DNA from: Octopus sinensis
Taxonomy: Eukaryota
Direction: 5' to 3'
NCBI RefSeq assembly: GCF_006345805.1
Contig: NW_021825034.1
Coordinates: 1-16,833, forward strand
Length of the DNA stretch: 16,833 nt
Below the pieces are notes generated by a model. That model was not told the DNA's origin. It ran no database searches and saw only the letters and a list, made by a program, of their open reading frames with translations. Positions 10,700 to 16,833 of the stretch are shown here, in pieces (position 1 is the first letter of the stretch; every line of letters starts with the position of its first letter). The position numbers and the translations under genes are program-made.

Positions 10700-11155
10700 C
10701 ACTTTGTGTGTGCGTGTGTTGGTGTGTCTGTGCATATGTGTGTGTGTGTGTCTCGTGTGTGTCTTTGTGTGTCTGTGTGTAAGTGTGTATGTGTGTGTCT
10801 GTCTGTGTATGTGTCTATCTGTGTGTGTATGTACGTGAGTATGTATGTGTGCCTGTGTGTGTATGCGTGTTTGTGACTCTGTGTGTGTGTCTGTATCTTT
10901 GTGCGTGTGTGTATTTGTGTATGTGTGTGTATGTGTGTGTTTTTGTGTGTCTGTGTGTATATGTGTGTCTGTCTATGTATGTGTCTATCTCTGTGTGTGT
11001 ATATGTGTATGTGTGTGTATATGCGTGTGTATATATGTGTGTTTGTATATGTGTGTGCTGTTTGTGTGTGTGTGTCTCTGTCTATATCTGTGTATGTGTG
11101 TGTCTGTCTGTATCTGTGTGCGTGTGAGTATGTGTGTATGTGTGTGTTTGTGTGA
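10400..11155. repeat. (CT)n and long degenerate (TG)n low-complexity tract
   Basis: Seen directly. It includes a duplicated 24-mer TTCTCTCACTCTAGCTCTTACTCT near 10406-10455. Confidence 0.9.
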
Positions 11156-11277
11156 ACTACGGCTTTCACTACAAAACCGCCATTATAGTAAAATACCAGT
11201 CCGTATGTCCGCCGGACCCCTCCACTCTCTCATTATTAAAACCAGGTCGAAATCATGAATCTGTGGGATTATTTCTG

Positions 11278-11281
<4 letters not shown>

Positions 11282-11343
<62 letters not shown>

Positions 11344-11499
11344 ACCTTTCTCTCTCGCTTTACTGTACCTGTGTGTGTGTGTCTACATATGGAAGTGCCT
11401 AGCCAGGGTGTGCATATGTATGATTTCGTATAATATTTCATGTGCGCGTATTGTATGTGCGTGTGTATGTGTGTGTGCATGTATCTATATGTATATATT

Positions 11500-11531
<32 letters not shown>

Positions 11532-11643
11532 TGTATATGAATGGTTATACATACATAGAGAGGGCAAATGTGGGCGTATAAATGATGGGCATGTATGTGT
11601 CTACACATTTACATACGTCCATATGCATATATGTGTACGCATG

Positions 11644-11674
<31 letters not shown>

Positions 11675-11978
11675 GTTAACTCAAATATGTGTGTGTACAT
11701 ACATATACACACACACACACACACACAGAAACATATATATATATATTCATATATACATGCATTCATATGTTTATGCATGCGACGTGTATATATGTTTGTA
11801 TGTGCGTATGGGCTCGTGTTTCTGAATATGTGTATATATGTGAGCATGTTGATGTACATACGTATGTGCCTGTATGTGTGTGTGTATGTGTGTATGTAGA
11901 AAGAGAGAAGAGAGAGAGAGCGAGTGGGAAGGAAGTGAGAGAGAGAGAGAGAGAAGGGCGAAAGAGAGAGAGAGAGAA
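11282..11978. repeat. (CT)n, (TATG)n, (TA)n, (CA)n and (GA)n microsatellite mosaic
   Basis: Seen directly. Confidence 0.88.
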
Positions 11979-12081
11979 TGCATGACATTCAGCCAGATCC
12001 AACGACAGTGAAGATTAATTGAAGTAGATTTTTTAATGGCATGTAATAGCTTCCTTTAATTTCTGGTAGATTGGCGTATGT

Positions 12082-12229
12082 AGGTGGCGGCGGCGGTGGT
12101 GGTGGTGGTGGCGGCGGTGGCGGTGGCAGTGGCGGCGGCGGCGGCGGTGGCGGTGGTGGTGGTGGGGGGGGGGTGTGGTGGTGGTGTGGTGGTGGTGTTG
12201 TGGTGGCGGCGGTGGTGGTGGTGGTGGTT

Positions 12230-12265
<36 letters not shown>

Positions 12266-12325
12266 GTGGTGGTGGTGGAGGCGGCGGCGCCGGTGGTGGT
12301 GGTGGCGGCGGTGGTGATAGTGGCG
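12082..12325. repeat. G-rich (GGC)n/(GGT)n trinucleotide tract
   Basis: About 240 bp of interleaved GGC/GGT triplets with a central poly-G run. Confidence 0.93.
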
Positions 12326-12699
12326 ATGCAGAGGGTATTGACATGATGTGAAGGGTGGGAGGTCAGGAAGGGAACGACTACTGATGTGAGGCAGAGGTGG
12401 GCACTGGTGTAGTATGGGGCACAGTCAGGAGACGACGAATGGGCATTGATGTAGTGTAGGAGGAGGGGAAGGGGTCAGGAATGAGTATTGATGTAAGGGA
12501 GAAAGGGGGTGGGTGGAAGGGATGCCAGTTTAGTGGAGGAGGGTGGTGGGGATTTGTTGTAGTGGGTATGGGTGTGTGGAGAAAATTGATGAAGAGATAC
12601 TGTGGGGAGCGGAGGTGGAGGTGATAATAGATCGATAGTTAACAATAACGATTTCTGAAATAAGACGAGGCTATACATTGATGAGAGGGAGTAGAGAGG

Positions 12700-12825
12700 A
12701 AAGGGGAGGGATGCAGTCGATATCATCGACCCCCAATATTTCACTGGTATTTTATTTTCCAGATCCCGGAAGGATGATAAAACAAATACCGACCTTGGCG
12801 ATATTTGAACTCAGAACATAAAGGG
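12700..12825 (-). mobile_element. Decayed SINE family C, 3' part (host of the insertion)
   Basis: CAGTCGATATCATCGACCCC...GACCTTGGCGATATTTGAACTCAGAACATAAAGGG matches the family C reverse complement. Confidence 0.75.
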
Positions 12826-12919
12826 GTGTACAGTTCTGTATTTAAAAGACGAGGAATTATTTACTTTATTTACATTATTTACATTTGAAAAAATATTTGT
12901 CCTCATCTTGTTTGTTGAT

Positions 12920-12965
12920 AACACAACGTTCCGGCTGATATACCCTCTAGCCTTCATCAGGTGCC
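12920..12965 (-). ncRNA. Minimal type I hammerhead ribozyme motif (GAAA core mutated to GGAA)
   Basis: RNA: GGCAC-CUGAUGA-A-GGCU(AGAGGGUAUAUC)AGCC-GGA-ACGU-U-GUGUU. Stem I GGCAC/GUGUU, stem II GGCU/AGCC, palindromic ACGU stem III. Confidence 0.75.
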
Positions 12966-13013
12966 TTGGGGGAAATTTCGAACCTGAGTTCTCATTCCTA
13001 AGGTATTTTTCGA

Positions 13014-13047
<34 letters not shown>

Positions 13048-13162
13048 GAGTGAGAGAGCAGTGCATGCCATCAGAGTAACACTGGGGTAAAATATACGAA
13101 GCCCAATATAGCCATCATGACTACCCGTTTGATAAGGGTACACTAGGCACATGTATCACAAC

Positions 13163-13163
<1 letters not shown>
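13048..13163 (-). mobile_element. 5'-truncated retroposon 3' end with (AAT)n tail, nested in the spacer microsatellite
   Basis: The minus strand ends ...GCACTGCTCTCTCACTC(AAT)n and (ATT)n lies on both sides. It is absent from the spacer of the sister copy (13321-13364). Confidence 0.7.
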
Positions 13164-13202
<39 letters not shown>

Positions 13203-13214
13203 GTTGTTGTTATT

Positions 13215-13292
13215 GTTCAGATCACTACTTGGAATCAAACTCGGAATCTTGGGGTTAGTACCCCGCGCTCTTAACCACTACGCCGTATGCCC
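13215..13292 (-). promoter_or_regulatory. tRNA-derived Pol III head (tRNA-Thr-like)
   Basis: GGGCATACGGCGTAGTGGTTAAGAGCGCGGGGTACTAACCCCAAGATTCCGAGTTTGATTCCAAG contains an A-box, an anticodon-like stem GGGG/CCCC and a B-box (intact GAGTTCGATTCC in the plus copy, 13293-13304). The Thr assignment is an inference from recalled tRNA sequence. Confidence 0.75.
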
Positions 13293-13414
13293 GAGTTCGA
13301 TTCCAAGCAGTGACCTGAACGATAACAACAACAACAGCAACAACAACGACAATAATAATAATAACATCGAAAAATACCTTAGGAATGAGAACCCAGGTTC
13401 TAAATTTCCCCCAA

Positions 13415-13460
13415 GACACCTGCAGAAGGTTGGAGGGTAAATCAGCCGAAACGTTGTGTT
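13415..13460 (+). ncRNA. Minimal type I hammerhead ribozyme motif (CUGANGA mutated to CUGCAGA)
   Basis: RNA: GACAC-CUGCAGA-A-GGUUG(GAGGGUAAAU)CAGCC-GAA-ACGU-U-GUGUU. Confidence 0.75.
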
Positions 13461-13490
13461 AACAAACATGATGAGGACAAATATCCGTCG

Positions 13491-13531
13491 AATGTAAATA
13501 ATGTAAATAATGTAAATAATGTAAATAATGT
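13491..13531 (+). repeat. (AATGTAAAT)n 9-bp tandem tail, about 4.5 units
   Basis: Seen directly. About 3 units occur in reverse at 12857-12885. Confidence 0.9.
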
Positions 13532-13595
13532 ATAAAGGGATGTAATCTGAAGGGGTAATACATCTAGTCCGGCACTCTACTGATTGTGCCAAACA
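13532..13595 (-). mobile_element. Decayed SINE family C head (continuation of 12700-12825)
   Basis: GTCCGGCACTCTACTGATTGTGCCAA is the reverse complement of the family C head GGCAGAATCGTTAG..CGCCGG. Confidence 0.65.
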
Positions 13596-13655
13596 GTCCC
13601 GTCTCCCTACGGCGTAACGAATGTTTCTAATTCAGGTACCAGGCCAGTAATTTTG

Positions 13656-13900
13656 ATGCTATAAGCCCTGTCCGCTGTTCGTCAGGTTGAGAAAGGCAAA
13701 CTGTCAGCATATCGGTCGCTCTCTGACAGGTTTATGGTCAAGCCTGTGACGGTAGAAACCTCCGGTTTTCTCAGTCCCTGGGCCATATCTCTGCTCACCG
13801 TTATCAGGGCGGAGATGGCTATCCGCAAGCGCAAGCCTCGTGAGTCAGAGCGGCTGTTCCAGTGCATATCCCTCGCTGTCCTCCGGGGTGCAACGCCTTT
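13656..13900 (+). pseudogene. Decayed C-terminal restriction-like endonuclease (RLE) fragment of a CRE-type non-LTR retrotransposon
   Basis: The frame from 13671 reads SAVRQVEKGKLSAYRSLSDRFMVKPVTVETSGFLSPWAISLL...RESERLFQCISLAVLRG. This fits the CRE RLE pattern AE..K..KY..L...F.P.AVET.G...FQR.S.A..RGNA. Frameshifts are apparent at both ends. Confidence 0.72.
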
Positions 13901-13995
13901 TCCAGAAAATCGAGAGAATGTAAGACAGATAATTGCGAATGAATTTTAAACCAACAACAGTCAATATTTCTTCATTAACTGAGGGAAAAATAATC

Positions 13996-14167
13996 CAGGG
14001 CCGGTCCCAGGAATTTTTCGAAGGGAGGGCACGAGGTCTGAAAGTAATACAATTCCAGGAGAAAAGGGAGTAATAACATTATGTAGAGGGGCACACTTCT
14101 CTTTTTTTTTTTTTTTGAGGGGGACACACGCCCATCAGCACACACACCCTCCCCGGGTCAGCTCATG
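13996..14167. mobile_element. Possible hAT-like MITE remnant
   Basis: Degenerate TIRs CAGGGCCGGTCCCAGG ... CCCCGGGTCAGCTCATG with internal GGGGCAC motifs. Confidence 0.4.
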
Positions 14168-14189
14168 GAATCCATTATTTCGGTTCCGA

Positions 14190-14330
14190 GCTAGTCGATA
14201 ACATCAACCCAAAGTCTTTAGTTGTTCCTTTATCAACTCGAAGAAATAACTGTGGTAAGGTTGACCCAGATGGGATATGAACTCAGAACGTAAAGATTTG
14301 GGACAAATGTCGCGTGGAAATATTTTCATA
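14190..14330 (-). mobile_element. Highly decayed SINE family C
   Basis: AGTCGATAACATCAACCC...GTTGACC...TGAACTCAGAACGTAAAG. Confidence 0.55.
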
Positions 14331-14509
14331 CATTTTTCTCCCGATCCTCTGCCACACCCCATTCAGTAATGAAACCAATGATTTGTAACAAAGGCATTTC
14401 CTTCTTTGTGCTATGAGGTCAGCGAATGGCTCCTGATGAGTGCGTTCACAGAACACTGTGTGATTGCTACGGAATTTTGCGGCAGAGTACAAAATTGGTT
14501 TCCTATTGC

Positions 14510-14723
14510 TTTTTTTTTTTTTTACTTGCTTCAGTCATTTGACTGCGGCCATGCTGGAGCACCGCCTTTTAATCGAGCAACTCGACCCCGGGACTTATTC
14601 TTTTTGTAAGCCCAGTACTTATTCTATCGGTCTCTTTTGCCGAACCGCTAAGTGACGGGGACATAAACACAACCAGCATCGGTTGTCAAGCAATGCTAGG
14701 GGGACAAACACAGACACACAAAC

Positions 14724-14812
<89 letters not shown>

Positions 14813-14974
14813 TACGACGGGCTTCTTTCAGTTTCCGTCTACCAAATCCACTCGCAAGTTTTTGGTCGGCCCGAGGATATAGTAGAAGACACTTGCCCAA
14901 GGTGCCATGCAGTGGGACTGAACCCAGAACCATGTGGTTGGTAAACAAGCTACTTACTACACAGCCACTCCTGC
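14510..14974 (-). mobile_element. SINE family A, near full length, poly-A tail
   Basis: Reverse-complement match with long internal (CA)n(TA)n and a T-run at 14510-14523. Confidence 0.92.
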
Positions 14975-15111
14975 AAGATGCCATCTTGTCAGTTAAAGGC
15001 AATATTAAGAGAGAAAAAGAGAGAGTGGGAGAGTGAAAGAGAGTGTGTGAGGGAGCGAGGGAGTGAGTGAGTGAGTGAGAAAATGAATGGGAGAGAACCC
15101 AGAACCTCACA

Positions 15112-15387
15112 GATATTTTATTTATCGACCCCGAAAGAATAAAAGGCAAAGTTGACTTAGGTGGAATTCGAACCCAGTGTTCAGAGACGGAGAACAAATA
15201 CTCTCTAACAATTCTTTCAATTCGCTCAAGGAAGGTACAGTCGATTAAATCGATCCCGCCTGTAATGACTGGTACTTTATGTTATGGATTTCAGAAAGAT
15301 GAAAGACAAAGAACACCTCTGCGAAATTTGAACCGCGTACGTTAGGTAACATAACTAAATGCCACTTCGAGATTTGTCTGCCAGTCA
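15112..15387 (-). mobile_element. Two decayed SINE family C copies (15112-15227, 15236-15387)
   Basis: TTTATCGACCCCGAAAG...GGCAAAGTTGAC...GGAATTCGAACCCAG and CAGTCGATTAAATCGATCCC...CTGGTACTT...GAAATTTGAAC. Confidence 0.7.
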
Positions 15388-15482
15388 CAACACTTGATTA
15401 GCATTTCTGGCATTGGTACCATAGTTCGAAGGAAGGTACGTAGTACCAGATGTCGAATTAATCGACGGCAATATTCGATAAA

Positions 15483-15895
15483 GGCGCTGAGCAGGCAGAA
15501 TCGTTAGAACGTCGGGCGAAATGCTTAGCAATATTTCGTCTGCCGTTACGTTCTGAGTTCAAATTCCGTCGAGGTCGACTTCGCCTTTCATCTTTTCGGG
15601 GTCGATAAATTAAGTACCAGTTGCACACTGGGGTCGATCTAATCGACTGTTCCACTCCCACCAAAGTTTCGGGCCTTGTACCTAGAGTAGAAAAGAATAT
15701 TTGAAAAAGGCGGTGAACTGGCAGAATCGTTAGAACATCGGACGAAATGGTTAGCCGTATTTCTTCCAAATTCAGATCTGGCAGAAGTCGACTTTGCCTT
15801 TCATTCCTTCGGGCTTGATAAAAAAAATAAGTACCAGTCAAGTACTGGGGATCGATGACATCAACTTATCCTTTACCCTCACAATTATTGGACTT
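15483..15895 (+). mobile_element. Tandem SINE family C copies (15483-15702 full; 15709-~15895 decayed)
   Basis: Both start AAGGCG.TGA.C.GGCAGAATCGTTAGAAC and carry the family C core. Confidence 0.88.
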
Positions 15896-16019
15896 GAACC
15901 CAGCAACGGACCGGCACCCCGTTCAAAGGGAGTGTTGTGATCTCGATCACTTGTACGCGATGGAATCCGAAAAAAAACTCACAGCTCAAGAAAAAAAGGA
16001 ACTCATTGATACTTTAATT

Positions 16020-16100
16020 CAGTGGTTCCCAAACTTTTTTGAGTTGCTGCCTCCTTGACACCCAGGCCAAATTCCTAGCGCCGCCACCCCAACTAACCAT
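16020..16100 (+). mobile_element. Single hAT-like terminal fragment
   Basis: CAGTGGTTCCCAAACTTTTT is a typical hAT/Charlie TIR. No partner end is visible. Confidence 0.45.
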
Positions 16101-16165
16101 CACAAACATAGACCTCTTGTTGAAGCAAATTCAAAACAACTGTATTTCACAAATAAAACATAACC

Positions 16166-16580
16166 AGGAGTGGCTGTGTGGTAAGTAGCTTGCTAACCAA
16201 CCACATGGTTCCGGGTTCAGTCCCACTGCGTGGCATCTTGGGCAAGTGTCTTCTGCAATAGCCCCGGGCCGACCAATGCCTTGTGAGTGGATTTGGTAGA
16301 CGGAAACTGAAAGAAGCCTGTCGTATATATGTATATTTATTTATAAGTGTGTGTGTATATGTTTGTGTGTCTGTGTTTGTCCCTCTAGCATTGCTTGACA
16401 ACCGATGCTGGTGTGTTTACGTCCCAGTCACTTAGCGGTTCGGCAAAAGAGACCGATAGAATAAGTACTGGGCTTACAAAGAATAAGTCCCAGGGTCGAT
16501 TTGCTCGACTAAAGGCGGTACTCCAGCATGGCCGCAGTCAAATGACTGAAACAAGTAAAAGCGTAGAAGAGTAAAAGAGT
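16166..16580 (+). mobile_element. SINE family A, near full length
   Basis: AGGAGTGGCTGTGTGG head to GAGTAAAAGAGT tail. Confidence 0.92.
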
Positions 16581-16602
16581 AACAAACCTATTGTTTTGTT
16601 GT

Positions 16603-16833
16603 TTTTATATGAATCGCTACCCCATTTTCACCCCACATTTTACATGAATCATTACACCAATATCACCCTACATTTTACATAAATCGCTACCTCATTATCA
16701 CCCTATATTTTACCTGAATCGCTACCCCATTATCACCCTACATTTTACATGAATCGCTACCCCATTTTCACCCCACATTTTATATGAATCATTACCCCAA
16801 TATCACCCTACATTTTACATGAATCATTACCCC
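16603..16833. repeat. 35-bp minisatellite (at least 6.5 units, runs off the window)
   Basis: (G/A)AATC recurs at 16611, 16646, 16681, 16716, 16751, 16786 and 16821. Unit is approximately GAATCGCTACCCCATTTTCACCCCACATTTTACAT. Confidence 0.95.

Larger units (their letters stand above)
12826..13531. mobile_element. Composite head-to-head inverted pair of a tRNA-headed, hammerhead-bearing Penelope-type non-autonomous element
   Basis: Minus copy runs 13292->12826 and plus copy ~13291->13531. The shared body CATCGAAAAATACCTTAGGAATGAGAAC.CAGGTTC.AAATTTCCCCCAAG occurs in both orientations. ATAAAGGG direct repeats flank the pair (12818-12825, 13532-13539). Confidence 0.8.

Noticed and set aside
10553-12346. 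Many overlapping ORFs (CV/HT/YI-rich, poly-Pro/Gly/Ala)
   Set aside because: They are translations of dinucleotide and trinucleotide repeats open in several frames at once, with no domain signal.
13215-13292. Functional tRNA gene (also the heads near 2335-2407 and 9118-9190)
   Set aside because: The acceptor and T stems are imperfect and each head runs straight into a repeat body, so these are SINE heads.
14428-14490. CTGATGAG followed by a stem-loop, a possible third hammerhead
   Set aside because: It is followed by GGAATTTT rather than GAAA, with no stem III and no complement to close stem I.
14619-15197. Longest ORF (192 aa) and similar recurring ORFs such as 9815-10369 and 1223-1486
   Set aside because: They are read-throughs of SINE A and C copies. 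The recurring peptides reflect the repeat, not a gene family.
16603-16833. CRISPR-like periodicity
   Set aside because: The units are contiguous with no unique spacers, the context is eukaryotic and there are no cas genes.

Overview
This is an AT-rich eukaryotic intronic or intergenic window made almost entirely of repeats, with no credible host protein-coding gene. The listed ORFs are translations of microsatellites and SINEs. The SINE families and microsatellite density resemble an octopus (coleoid cephalopod) genome; this is recognition from memory, not a search. The window holds about 9 copies of a tRNA-derived SINE with an internal (TA)n/(TG)n tract (family A), 2 copies of a second tRNA-SINE (B), about 10 whole or partial copies of a third (C), a non-autonomous Helitron, hAT-like MITE remnants, a decayed CRE-type retrotransposon endonuclease fragment and a 35-bp minisatellite. 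The most interesting feature is 12826-13531. It is a head-to-head inverted pair of a short element built as tRNA-like Pol III head, (AAT/AAC)n spacer, short body, minimal type I hammerhead ribozyme of the Penelope kind, and (AATGTAAAT)n tail. The pair sits inside an older SINE and is bounded by an 8-bp direct repeat (ATAAAGGG). It is a candidate ribozyme-bearing SINE mobilised by Penelope-like elements.
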